A stretch of 17,124 nucleotides of DNA from the NCBI GenBank assembly GCA_049967475.1, contig JBMFSQ010000027.1:29684-46807 (forward strand). The letters are read 5' to 3'. The position numbers and the translations under genes were made by a program. Position 1 is the stretch's first letter, and the number at the start of each line of letters is the position of its first letter. Of this stretch, positions 7,622-16,650 are shown piece after piece. The DNA is from Chthonomonadales bacterium. Its GTDB lineage: Bacteria; Armatimonadota; Chthonomonadetes; Chthonomonadales; CAJBBX01. The notes under the pieces are model-generated. The model ran no database searches. It was not told the DNA's origin and saw only the letters and a list, made by a program, of their open reading frames with translations.

Positions 7622-7812
7622 CTTGTGCTTTCTCCCAAAGAGGGGCTCGCCGCCCCGTGTTGTAAGCTCGATTGCAGCCGCATAAGCTAAGAACTCTCGA
7701 CGCGTAATCACCACAGTCTCCCGAGGTAACGCAATCTACACAGAATCTATATTACTATACCTGCCGACGGGCAAAAGGTTCCACAGGTCGGCAAACTCTG
7801 CCGAACCTCCGC

Positions 7813-7842
7813 TTGACAGGTGGAGCATCCCCCATGTAAACT
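7813..7842 (+). promoter_or_regulatory. Sigma70-type promoter for the DUF1559 gene, with TGGAGCATC direct repeats
   Basis: TTGACA (7813-7818), 18-bp spacer, TAAACT (7837-7842). TGGAGCATC occurs at 7821-7829 and 7842-7850. Confidence 0.6.
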
Positions 7843-8035
7843 GGAGCATCAAGTTTCCATCGGAACCAATGGAGGTTCCTATGTGCCCCTTATCCCATAC
7901 CGTGGCGGTCTCTGGTGCCGCAACTACGGCTTCACGCACGGTTCACCTGTTCTTAACCCCTTCTTCGCATTCTGCAGGTTCAATCTATTATGCCGGGGCG
8001 GATTATTCACCCGGCAATCAAAGGAGGATCTTATC

Positions 8036-8929
8036 ATGACACGTGGGGTTGGCAGTTCCGCGCGACAGGGCTTTACTCTCATCGAGCTGCTCGTGGTAAT
8101 TGCGATTATCGCAATCCTGGCTGCAATCCTGTTCCCCGTCTTCGCCCAAGCCCGCGACAAAGCGCGCCAGGCTATGTGCCAGTCAAACCTGAAGCAGCTT
8201 GGGACGGCCTTTGCTATGTATGCCACGGATTACGACGGCATGTTCCCAAATCCCGGAGGCACCTTCCAAAAGGTATGGCCCGGGGACTCCACCTACGTTA
8301 TCCAATCCGTGTGGCTGTTGAGCTCCGGCACCGGGTTGGGTAAGGACATCGGCGGCATCTGGCCCTACGTAAAGCAGCGCGGAAACGCCGGATTGAGCAA
8401 TGTCTATTCTTGCCCCAATGCCTTGCCTGGACCGTCCAATGCATACTCTCCAGGCCAGAATTACGTAATGAACGACTATCTACGCGGCTGCCATCCGGGC
8501 GAAGCCCGCTATGGCTCCCGCGACGCAGTATGCGGTCGTGCCTGGGCCGATGGAATAAACCCGGATCTCATGGGCAACCCGCCCTCCGAGGTGATCCTGC
8601 TCTACGAGAGCGCCCAACACCCAACCTACCACAACGTGAACCGCAACGGATCTCCCTTCTTTAGCGGGAATATCGCAAGCGCAACGCCTCCCCTCTGCCA
8701 AGGTATGCCCCAGAACTACCACGGCCGCAAGTCCGACTTTCTCTTCTGCGACACCCACGTAAAGAACCTTACCCCGTCGTCTACGTGGGCTGCGGCCGAT
8801 CAGGCGGCCTTTGTAACCTTCAACAAATCCTGCCCGACCCTCGCCCAGGTATTGGCTCTGGGTGAATATACCGGCGGCGGACCCAAGTCCATGTGGAACC
8901 CCGCGACTGCTTCGGTTACCTATCCGTAG
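8036..8929 (+). CDS. Prepilin-type N-terminal cleavage/methylation domain protein (DUF1559 family)
   Basis: [46 protein letters not shown]-terminal H-X9-DG-like motif [15 protein letters not shown]. Strong RBS AAAGGAGG before the ATG at 8036. Confidence 0.93.
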   Translation: MTRGVGSSARQGFTLIELLVVIAIIAILAAILFPVFAQARDKARQAMCQSNLKQLGTAFAMYATDYDGMFPNPGGTFQKVWPGDSTYVIQSVWLLSSGTGLGKDIGGIWPYVKQRGNAGLSNVYSCPNALPGPSNAYSPGQNYVMNDYLRGCHPGEARYGSRDAVCGRAWADGINPDLMGNPPSEVILLYESAQHPTYHNVNRNGSPFFSGNIASATPPLCQGMPQNYHGRKSDFLFCDTHVKNLTPSSTWAAADQAAFVTFNKSCPTLAQVLALGEYTGGGPKSMWNPATASVTYP

Positions 8930-8940
8930 GTCCTATGGAG

Positions 8941-8984
8941 AAGGCCCGCACCGCCGTTCCAGAGCCGGCAGTGCGGGCCTTTTG
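8941..8984. terminator. Intrinsic terminator, possibly bidirectional
   Basis: AAGGCCCGCAC (8941-8951) pairs with GTGCGGGCCTT (8971-8981), with an inner GCCG/CGGC pair and a short T-run at the 3' end. Lies between convergent genes. Confidence 0.75.
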
Positions 8985-9016
8985 CTTGTCCGGAACGGAC
9001 GAGGCAGTCTTCATGC

Positions 9017-9571
9017 CTACCGGCGGGCAGTGCGTGGGGCGTCGGTGCGTTGCCGTTGGGCGGATGAGGAAGCGATCACGCAACTCTGCGGCCCAAATCC
9101 GGCAGCTTCGATTTCCCGCAAAACGGCGACGGCGTTGAGGGTGTGTCCGGCCAGAGGCTTGACGGCTACCGTGCGGTTGGAAACGTCCGTGGCAATGGAG
9201 GCTGTGTCTAGGCCAGGGATTTTGGATTGGCTCAACTTGGCCTTTAGGTCCGATGCGCATCCCCCGCAACACATGTGGGCCACAGCAACCGTGATAGGGC
9301 CGCTCACTGTTACCTCAGCGGGTGGAAAGCCCGCCTTGCGCATTCCCTGCATCAGGCTCACGAGCTCCACCTGTTCTCCCGCTTTGGGAGACACGGTCAC
9401 AGTAGTCCCTTGAATGGACACGCCTTCCACCCACGGGGCCGATTTGGCGCCTGCAGAAGCGGCTGCCTGGCACTTGCCGCAGCACATATGCCCCACCTTC
9501 ACCGCAACAGAATCCGCCTCAGCAAAGGCCGAGGCCAAAACCAACCCAAGAACCATCACGTACCGATGCAT
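9017..9571 (-). CDS. Exported protein with two heavy-metal-associated (HMA)-like domains
   Basis: Signal peptide MHRYVMVLGLVLASAFAEA. Two repeats, HMCCGKC...KAGF and HMCCGGC...AAGF. RBS AAAGGAG before the ATG at 9571. Confidence 0.8.
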   Translation of the reverse strand: MHRYVMVLGLVLASAFAEADSVAVKVGHMCCGKCQAAASAGAKSAPWVEGVSIQGTTVTVSPKAGEQVELVSLMQGMRKAGFPPAEVTVSGPITVAVAHMCCGGCASDLKAKLSQSKIPGLDTASIATDVSNRTVAVKPLAGHTLNAVAVLREIEAAGFGPQSCVIASSSAQRQRTDAPRTARR

Positions 9572-9615
9572 GAGCAAAGCTCCTTTCATAAGTTAACCAA
9601 GCATTTGGCTGGGAT

Positions 9616-9644
9616 ATTCTACAGGGTTCCCGGCGCCGTGTCAA
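9616..9644 (-). promoter_or_regulatory. Sigma70-type promoter for the HMA gene
   Basis: Minus strand TTGACA (9644-9639), 17-bp spacer, TAGAAT (9621-9616). Confidence 0.75.
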
Positions 9645-9646
9645 CC

Positions 9647-9675
9647 TTGAGCCGCCAGGCGGATCGGGATATAAT
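9647..9675 (+). promoter_or_regulatory. Sigma70-type promoter for the HEXXH/DUF58 genes
   Basis: TTGAGC (9647-9652), 17-bp spacer, TATAAT (9670-9675). Confidence 0.75.
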
Positions 9676-9681
9676 GGGATT

Positions 9682-10809
9682 GTGAAGTACCTGGCTGCCA
9701 TCATTTGCCTCCTGGTTCTCTGCGGCTCTGCGCAAGAGCTGCCGGCACGGCGGTCGGGCGGGGACCGCGTTCTCCTCCGAAGCGTTCCCCAGATGGAAGT
9801 GGCCACTCCCGCCGATCAGCCGGCTGAGCCCATCCGAGAAAAGCGCACGGGGAAGCTCTTTGCGTCACTTTGCATCGTGAACTCTCTCCATGATGGCGTA
9901 GAGGAGCGGCGCTTTGTAATTCACGTTCCGGATGCCGCCTTTCTTCCCTTCGGGCAGCGGGCGGCGCGCTTCCTCGCCCTGGTTTGGGCTGCCGCCGATC
10001 GCCGGTGGGGCCGCCTTTGCAGCCGGCTGCGGCAGGCTCCCATAGACGTATGGCTTACGCGCGAGGGGGCCGCAGGCGGGGAGCAGGTGGCAGAGAACTT
10101 GTATCTCTATAACCTGGCTTCGGAGCGTACGGGCATCGAATGGGCGCGCGAGCTTGCCCACGAATATGGGCATTACCTGCTTCCTGCTGCATCGGGGTAC
10201 TTGGAGCCGGAAAGCTGGCCCAATGGTGTTTTGGGCGAACGCCTCTTCCTCAAATGGCTGCTGGAAGACGTGGACGCGGGTCGGGTGCAAATGGGCGATC
10301 TTCCTTTCCCTTCCCGCCAGGAACTCGAGGATTACTGCGCCAAACAGGTGGATCCCCTCATCGAGCGCTTTCGCACTCAGGGGCCGAAGCCGGATCTGCT
10401 CGTGCGCACCGATCGCCGCGGCTTCGATGCCTTCACCGGCTTGCTGCTCGGGCTCCAGGATCTCTACGGGCCGGAGGTCTTGATGGATCTGTTGGAGTAT
10501 CTTCCGCGCAGGCCCGTCGGCCTTCGCGCAACCGATTTCCTAGCCGCCTTTACCGCCTTCGCCGATCAGTCGGGCGAGTTCCGCATGAACATTCCCCAAG
10601 GCGGAAGCATGGCGTATGTACCCAAGGGCAGGTTCCTCGTGCGTCTGGAAACCGGCCCCGCGGCAGCAAAACCTTCTGTGGAAGGCTGCGTCGTCAAACC
10701 TGCAAGCGAAGGGTGGATCCTTACCGCCTCGCGGGCCGGATGGCGCAACGTGACCGGCCCTCCCCAGGGAATGGTCCTTTTGTGGCATCGGCTGGATATG
10801 CGGGAGTAA
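9682..10809 (+). CDS. Secreted hypothetical protein with an HEXXH zinc-metallopeptidase-like motif
   Basis: GTG start, signal-peptide-like MKYLAAIICLLVLCGSA, motif RELAHEYGHYLL followed by PESWPNGVLGE. The CDS call is firmer than the function. Confidence 0.7.
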   Translation: MKYLAAIICLLVLCGSAQELPARRSGGDRVLLRSVPQMEVATPADQPAEPIREKRTGKLFASLCIVNSLHDGVEERRFVIHVPDAAFLPFGQRAARFLALVWAAADRRWGRLCSRLRQAPIDVWLTREGAAGGEQVAENLYLYNLASERTGIEWARELAHEYGHYLLPAASGYLEPESWPNGVLGERLFLKWLLEDVDAGRVQMGDLPFPSRQELEDYCAKQVDPLIERFRTQGPKPDLLVRTDRRGFDAFTGLLLGLQDLYGPEVLMDLLEYLPRRPVGLRATDFLAAFTAFADQSGEFRMNIPQGGSMAYVPKGRFLVRLETGPAAAKPSVEGCVVKPASEGWILTASRAGWRNVTGPPQGMVLLWHRLDMRE

Positions 10810-10816
10810 GCGGCCC

Positions 10817-12127
10817 GTGGTACTGACGCGGCGATGGATTTTTCTTTTGGCTCTGGGAGCCGTTCCGCTGCTGGCTGCCGGTGCTGCCCCTGGGGTCGTC
10901 TGGCTGACACTCGTTTGGGACGGCCTCTTGGTTGCTCTGGCACTGGCCGACTTCATGCTGCTTCCACCCCTCGAGCGTATCCAGGTGGATCGGGTTCTGG
11001 AACCGAGCATCCGCCTCGGAACACCCGCCGAGGTACGGCTCCGCGTACGCAACGGCACGGAACTCCCTTGGCGCCTGAAGCTGCTCGACGAACCGCCGGT
11101 GGACGCTTTCGCCGGCCTTGCCGAATGGCGGCTTGCTTTGCCGCCCTACCGCGAGCAGCATCTAAGTTACTCCGTGCAAGCTCGGGCGCGCGGCGATGCC
11201 CATTTTGGGGACCTTTGGCTGCAGGTTCTAGGCCGCATGGGGCTCGTAGCGCGCAATCGCAGAATACCGGCCTCCACGACAGTGCGCGTGTATCCCCTCA
11301 TTACCCAGGCAGCCCGGTTTACATTGGCAGCAAGGCGCGGGCGCCTCCAGCAGGCAGGCATCCGGGCCGCACAAAGGGTCGGCGGTGGACGACAGTTCGA
11401 GTCCCTGCGGGATTATCAGCCGGACGACGACTTCCGCTGGATTGACTGGAAGGCCACCGCGCGTCGCGCAACCCTCACTACGCGCCAGTACGAAGCGGAA
11501 CGCAGTCAAAATGTGATCCTTGCCTTGGACGTGGGCCGGACCATGCTGGGGGACGTGGATGGAGTGCCGAAGCTCGATTACGCCGTGGATGCAGCCCTCC
11601 TGCTGGCATACGTAGCCACGCTGGCGGATGATCGTGTGGGGATGCTGGTCTTCGCCGATGCCGTAGAGGCGTGGGTACCTCCGCAGCGGGGCCGCGGGCA
11701 AGTGTATTCCCTATTGAACCTTCTTTACAACGTTCATGCGCGCCGTGTGGAACCCGATTACCGAAGCGCCTTCGGATATATGGCTGCCCGTTGGCGGCGT
11801 CGCTCCCTCGTCGTTTGCTTCACGGATCTTTGGGACCCCGATTCTGCGCGGCTCTCCATCGGGCAGCTCTCCGTGTTGCAGCCGAGGCACCTCGTAGCAT
11901 GCGTCACTCTTATGGACACAAATGTCCTGAGGGCTGCCCAAGCGGAACTCTATAGCCCCACCGACGTATACCGGCAGGCAGCGGCCATGCAGGTGTTGGA
12001 AGACCGTGCCCGGGCAGGAGCAGAGCTACAGCAGCGAGGAGTTTTGGTGGTAGACACCCCTGCCGAACGCCTGTCGGCCGAACTGGTGAACCGATACCTC
12101 GAAGTGAAGGAGCGGGCAATGCTCTAG
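10817..12127 (+). CDS. DUF58 (vWA-like) domain protein, usually MoxR-associated
   Basis: N-terminal transmembrane helices, RVYP, GGGRQFESLRDYQPDDDFRWIDWKATAR, LDVGRTM, DDRVG, RRRSLVVCFTDL, VNRYLEVKER. Confidence 0.93.
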   Translation: MVLTRRWIFLLALGAVPLLAAGAAPGVVWLTLVWDGLLVALALADFMLLPPLERIQVDRVLEPSIRLGTPAEVRLRVRNGTELPWRLKLLDEPPVDAFAGLAEWRLALPPYREQHLSYSVQARARGDAHFGDLWLQVLGRMGLVARNRRIPASTTVRVYPLITQAARFTLAARRGRLQQAGIRAAQRVGGGRQFESLRDYQPDDDFRWIDWKATARRATLTTRQYEAERSQNVILALDVGRTMLGDVDGVPKLDYAVDAALLLAYVATLADDRVGMLVFADAVEAWVPPQRGRGQVYSLLNLLYNVHARRVEPDYRSAFGYMAARWRRRSLVVCFTDLWDPDSARLSIGQLSVLQPRHLVACVTLMDTNVLRAAQAELYSPTDVYRQAAAMQVLEDRARAGAELQQRGVLVVDTPAERLSAELVNRYLEVKERAML

Positions 12128-13125
12128 GAGGTCGAGGGACTCACGGCGCCTTGGCGGCGCGTGGGCTGCCCTGCGAGGAAGAGATAGGCGTACAAGGCTC
12201 CGCCCGATGCGATACCGAAGACGATTTTTACGGCGCGGGGAAGAAGGGAATGCGAAAGATACGCCTCCACCACACCGGCAAACACCAGCAGGAACACGCA
12301 GCCCACCACGAGCTTCGCGGCATCGCGGGCAGCCAGCACCAGGGCGTCTCGCCGCGTTAGCGGCCCCGGGACCAAGAATGCCCAGCCGAGGCTGAGCCCG
12401 GCCGCCCCTGCAAGGCACGTAGCGGATAGTTCCACGATGCCGTGCGGCAGAATACCGGCCCAGAAATTCGCCTGCTGATGAACCCATACCATATCTCCGG
12501 CGAAGGCGCCTAACATCGCGCCATTGTAGAAGATCAAGAGGGCCGTCAAGACGCCTCCTAGGATGCCTGCGGCAAATGCCAGTACGGTAACGCGGATGTT
12601 GTTCTGCATCAGGAAGCTTGCCATGGCGGCGGCTTCCGCGTCGGGAATGCGGTTGGAAGTATCGCCGCTTTCCCACACCTCAAGCGAGTGGCGGAACGGG
12701 CTCTGGCGAGGCACGAAGACGTCAATATTCGTACGCTGTACGCGCACTAATCCATATCCCAAGAGGCCTCCTATGGCAAGGCAGGCCGCCGAAGCAAGGA
12801 AGAAGGCAATCCGACGCCGAAAAGTGGCAGGAAATTCGCAGATGAGGAAGTTCTTGATGCCGGGCCACGTTCGCGTGTCCGTGTGATAAAGAACGGCGTG
12901 GGCTCGGCCTGCCAGGTTGTTGAGGTGCTCTGCAATCTCGGGAGAGAAGCCTTGGATGCGTGCATATGCCAAGTCCGATGCAATTCGCCGGTAGAGTGGG
13001 CCCAGCTGCCGCAGCTCGTCCCGTGTCAGCGTGCGGAGGCCGCCGGCCCGGGAGGCTTTGCGCACCAGTTCGGCCAACTGGTCCCACGCCTCACTTCGAT
13101 TTTCTACAAAGCTTCGCTCGTCCAT
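12124..13125 (-). CDS. Stage II sporulation protein M (SpoIIM)-like integral membrane protein
   Basis: FVENRSEAWDQL, LYRRIASDLAYAR, LNNL, NNIRV, YNGAMLG, ILPHGIVEL, AGVVEAYLS. Confidence 0.92.
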   Translation of the reverse strand: MDERSFVENRSEAWDQLAELVRKASRAGGLRTLTRDELRQLGPLYRRIASDLAYARIQGFSPEIAEHLNNLAGRAHAVLYHTDTRTWPGIKNFLICEFPATFRRRIAFFLASAACLAIGGLLGYGLVRVQRTNIDVFVPRQSPFRHSLEVWESGDTSNRIPDAEAAAMASFLMQNNIRVTVLAFAAGILGGVLTALLIFYNGAMLGAFAGDMVWVHQQANFWAGILPHGIVELSATCLAGAAGLSLGWAFLVPGPLTRRDALVLAARDAAKLVVGCVFLLVFAGVVEAYLSHSLLPRAVKIVFGIASGGALYAYLFLAGQPTRRQGAVSPSTS

Positions 13126-13146
13126 TGATCGCCCTGGAGATGCGCC

Positions 13147-13968
13147 ATGCCGCGAACACTACAAGTTATTACCCCGGAACAGGTGGAGGTTACCTATGAA
13201 CTTGCCGGCATCGGGTCGCGCTTCTTGGCCGCCCTAATTGATCACACGCTTCAGATTGTTGCCATCATCGCCATCGTTTTGTTGACCCAACTTGTGGCGG
13301 CTACCTTCCTAGACCGGCTGTTCTCCGGCGGAGCTCCACTCTACGCGGAGGCTGCCGCCGGTCTGGTGGTATTCGCCGTGACGTTCGGATACTTCATCGC
13401 GTTCGAGCTCCTTTGGGCCGGAACCACACCAGGCAAACGGGCAATGGGGCTGCGGGTTGTTCGAGATCGCGGCTTCGCCGTGGATCCCTACGCTTCCATC
13501 ATAAGGAACCTCGTGCGCATCATTGACTTTATGCCCCCGATGTATGGCATCGGATTGGTGTCTGTATTCTTCAGCCGGGATTACAAGCGGCTGGGGGATT
13601 ATGCCGCGGGTACGGTGGTAATCAAAGAACGTAAGGAGGGCCGGCTCAAGTCTTTTACGATGCCTCCTCCCAGCTTAGAAGTGCAATCTTATCTTGCCAG
13701 GATCCCGCACGTAGATTTTCTTACGCCTGCCGAGTATCGGGTGATCCGCCGCTTCGTTTACAGACGGCACGAACTCGCGCCCCGCATCCAGGAGGAACTC
13801 GCAGCGAGGCTGGCGGCTCCCCTCCTTCCCAAACTGAACCTGGAGGCGCACCCGGAATCGCCCATTGATTATGCGCACCTCCTGGAAGCCATTGAGCGGC
13901 GGTATGCGGAAGACACGAAGCCCCCTTCCTTGGGTGGTCCGTCTAGCATTCAAAAAGACGCTGGATGA
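13147..13968 (+). CDS. RDD family membrane protein
   Basis: TPEQVEVTYELAGIGSRFLAALID, GTTPGKRAMGLRVV, IRNLVRIIDFMP, KRLGDYAAGTVVI. Confidence 0.93.
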   Translation: MPRTLQVITPEQVEVTYELAGIGSRFLAALIDHTLQIVAIIAIVLLTQLVAATFLDRLFSGGAPLYAEAAAGLVVFAVTFGYFIAFELLWAGTTPGKRAMGLRVVRDRGFAVDPYASIIRNLVRIIDFMPPMYGIGLVSVFFSRDYKRLGDYAAGTVVIKERKEGRLKSFTMPPPSLEVQSYLARIPHVDFLTPAEYRVIRRFVYRRHELAPRIQEELAARLAAPLLPKLNLEAHPESPIDYAHLLEAIERRYAEDTKPPSLGGPSSIQKDAG

Positions 13969-15127
13969 GCTTGAAACCCTGGGCCTCGTGCTGGGCGGCC
14001 TCCGGCACCGCGCGTTCGTCAAAGGGCAAAACATTATCCCGTTCCTTCAGCGAGTCGAACAGCAGGAAGGGCACAGCCGCCGCCTTGTGCTTGCGCGTGG
14101 CTACCGGGGTGGCGTGATCGGGCACAATCAGGATGCGGCAATGATCCTGCTTTGCAAGTCCTTCCGCTAACGGCCCTACCACCATGCGGTCTATCTTTTC
14201 GATCGCTTCAATCTTTTGATCCGCACGCCCGGCATGGCCGGCCTCATCGGGGGCTTCGATGTGCACCCAAACGAAGTCATGGCGTGTGAGGGCGTCGAGA
14301 GCCGCCCGGGCCTTGGCTCCGTAGTCGGTGTCCAGATATCCGGTTGCCCCCGGAACCACGGGAACCTCGAGCCCCACGATGCGACCCAGGCCGCGCACAA
14401 CGTCTACCCCGGCGATGGCTGCTCCCGTTACCCTATGAAGAGAAAAGAACGAGGGAAGATGTACAGCCCGCCCTTGACCCCAAGGCCATAGCATGTTGGC
14501 CGGCGGCAGTCCCGCGTCGCGGCGCTTGCGATTGAAAGGGTGATCATCCAGCAGTTCCAGCGAATCCCAGATGAAGCGGCGCAGAATGCTCTCTCCCTCA
14601 CCCGCGGGAAGGATCTCCGTAATGGCGCGGCCCATGTTCTCGTGGGGGGCATGGGTTTGCAGGTCCACCGGCCCATCATTCCAAACGAGAATGTGCCGGT
14701 ATCCTACTCCGGGAAACAGGTGCAGCCGATTGGTGCCGAGCTTTTCGGCTGCCAGCAGCACCAGCGGGCGGGCCTCTTCCGTACTGATGTGGCCGGCGCT
14801 GTAATCCAGCAATCTCTCGCCGTCTGTGGCCACGAGGGAGCACCGGAAGGCTGCATCGCGAGTGTCGAGGGGGATGCCCATGGCCGCCGCTTCGATGGGG
14901 CCGCGCCCCGAGTAATACGTGCGCGGATCGTAGCCCAGCAGTGCCATGTTCGCCACGTCACTGCCCGGATACAGGTCCGGCGGCGTTACGAGCACGCTTC
15001 CCACCACGCCTTTTCGGGCTAGAGCATCCATGTTGGGGGTGCCGGCAGCTTGAAGCGGCGTAGCGCCGTCCAGTTCGGGGAGCGGGTCGTCGGCCATTCC
15101 GTCTGGAACGATCAGAACGTATTTCAT
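13943..15127 (-). CDS. apgM: Cofactor-independent phosphoglycerate mutase, ApgM family
   Basis: MKYVLIVPDGMAD, TPNMD, PGSDVAN, YSGRGPIEAA, HIEAPDEAGH, PDHATP. Overlaps the 3' end of the RDD gene by 26 bp. Confidence 0.92.
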   Translation of the reverse strand: MKYVLIVPDGMADDPLPELDGATPLQAAGTPNMDALARKGVVGSVLVTPPDLYPGSDVANMALLGYDPRTYYSGRGPIEAAAMGIPLDTRDAAFRCSLVATDGERLLDYSAGHISTEEARPLVLLAAEKLGTNRLHLFPGVGYRHILVWNDGPVDLQTHAPHENMGRAITEILPAGEGESILRRFIWDSLELLDDHPFNRKRRDAGLPPANMLWPWGQGRAVHLPSFFSLHRVTGAAIAGVDVVRGLGRIVGLEVPVVPGATGYLDTDYGAKARAALDALTRHDFVWVHIEAPDEAGHAGRADQKIEAIEKIDRMVVGPLAEGLAKQDHCRILIVPDHATPVATRKHKAAAVPFLLFDSLKERDNVLPFDERAVPEAAQHEAQGFKLIQRLFEC

Positions 15128-15318
15128 TCCTTTAATCGCATCACCTGAAGCAAGATAAAGGCTCAAACTCCAGTTCGAGAGCTCTCCGATGGCATTCTAC
15201 CTGATGGAGCCAACGGAGGACACGGAGGGATGATGCCGCCTGTTGAGGAATAGTGCCGGCAGCGGCGTCGGCGGGCGGTATGTCCCGCCGGCCGAATTGA
15301 CTGGAGAGAAGGGCAGCA

Positions 15319-16650
15319 ATGGGCAAGAAGGTTACATTCATCGGCGCTGGGAGCTTGGGCTTTACGCGCGGGCTGGTGCGGGATCTGCTGACGTTCCCCG
15401 CACTGGCCGATGCGGACATCTGGCTCATGGATATTGACGCCGAACGCTTGCAGTTCGCAGACACCGCAGTCCGGCGCATCGTGGATGCCGGGAAGTATCC
15501 CGCCAAAGTCCATTCGACGCTGGATCGGCGGGAGGCTCTCGACGGAGCGGATGGGGTGCTGTGCACGATCTTGGCGGCCCCCGTGAGCGTTTGGCGGCAC
15601 GACATCGAGATCCCCAAGAAATACGGTGTGGACATCAACGTGGGCGATACCCGCGGCCCCGCCGGCGTGTTCCGGGCGTTGCGCACCATCCCCGTGATGC
15701 TGAGTATCTGCCGGGACATGGAAGAGGTGTGTCCCAACGCGATCCTGCTGAATTACACGAACCCCATGGCGATGCTGTGTCGCGCTATGCAAAGTGAGAC
15801 GAAGATCCAGCTTACCGGATTATGCCATAGCGTGCAGGGTACAGCCGAGATGCTGGCGAGCTGGATCGGCGCACCCATGAGCGAGGTAACATACCGCTGC
15901 GCAGGCATCAACCACCAGGCCTTCTACCTGGAATTCAAATGGAAGGGGCAGGATGCCTATCCGCTGATCCGGGAGGCTGTGGAGCGGCCCGAGATCTACA
16001 ACCAGGAAATCGTTCGGAATGAGATGTTCAAACATCTGGGGTACTACGTCACCGAGTCCAGCGGACACAATTCGGAATACAATGCCTGGTTCCGAAAACG
16101 TCCGGACCTCATCGAGAAATATTGCACCCACGGCACGGGTTGGAACCCGGGAGAATACGCCTATATCCTGAAGGAATACCTGAACCGCGAGAAAACCTGG
16201 AAGGAAGAGACGAAGGCATGGCTGGCCAAGGATGAGCCGATCTCCCTCCAACGGGGCCACGAATATGCAGCTTATATCCTGAATGCCGTCATCGGGGATG
16301 GGACGCTGTTCGAGTTCAACGGCAATGTGCGCAACTTCGGCCTCATAGACAACTTGCCGGAGGGCTGCTGCGTAGAGGTGCCTGTGCTTGCCAGCAAGCG
16401 CGGGTTGGACCCGATCCACGTGGGCAAGCTCCCACCCCAATGTGCGGCGCTTGTGAATATAAGCGCCAATAATGAGGAGATGGCGGTTGAAGGTGCGCTC
16501 ACAGGGGACGCCCGGATGGTCTTTCACTCCATCTGTTATGATCCGCTCACTTCGGCCGTGTGCTCGCTGGAGGAGATACGCTCCATGGTGAAGGAGATGT
16601 TCGAGGTGAACCGGGAGTATCTGCCGCAGTTCAAGACGATTGATCTGTAG
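15319..16650 (+). CDS. melA: Glycoside hydrolase family 4 NAD+/Mn-dependent alpha-galactosidase
   Basis: [69 protein letters not shown]. Confidence 0.92.
   Translation: MGKKVTFIGAGSLGFTRGLVRDLLTFPALADADIWLMDIDAERLQFADTAVRRIVDAGKYPAKVHSTLDRREALDGADGVLCTILAAPVSVWRHDIEIPKKYGVDINVGDTRGPAGVFRALRTIPVMLSICRDMEEVCPNAILLNYTNPMAMLCRAMQSETKIQLTGLCHSVQGTAEMLASWIGAPMSEVTYRCAGINHQAFYLEFKWKGQDAYPLIREAVERPEIYNQEIVRNEMFKHLGYYVTESSGHNSEYNAWFRKRPDLIEKYCTHGTGWNPGEYAYILKEYLNREKTWKEETKAWLAKDEPISLQRGHEYAAYILNAVIGDGTLFEFNGNVRNFGLIDNLPEGCCVEVPVLASKRGLDPIHVGKLPPQCAALVNISANNEEMAVEGALTGDARMVFHSICYDPLTSAVCSLEEIRSMVKEMFEVNREYLPQFKTIDL

Noticed and set aside
12124..13125. SpoIIM as evidence of sporulation
   Set aside because: This long subfamily, linked to RDD and DUF58, is widespread in non-sporulating bacteria.
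15269..15290. Hairpin CGGCGGG/CCCGCCG upstream of melA as a riboswitch or terminator
   Set aside because: A short GC stem with no U-tract or known aptamer features, which is expected by chance in this composition.
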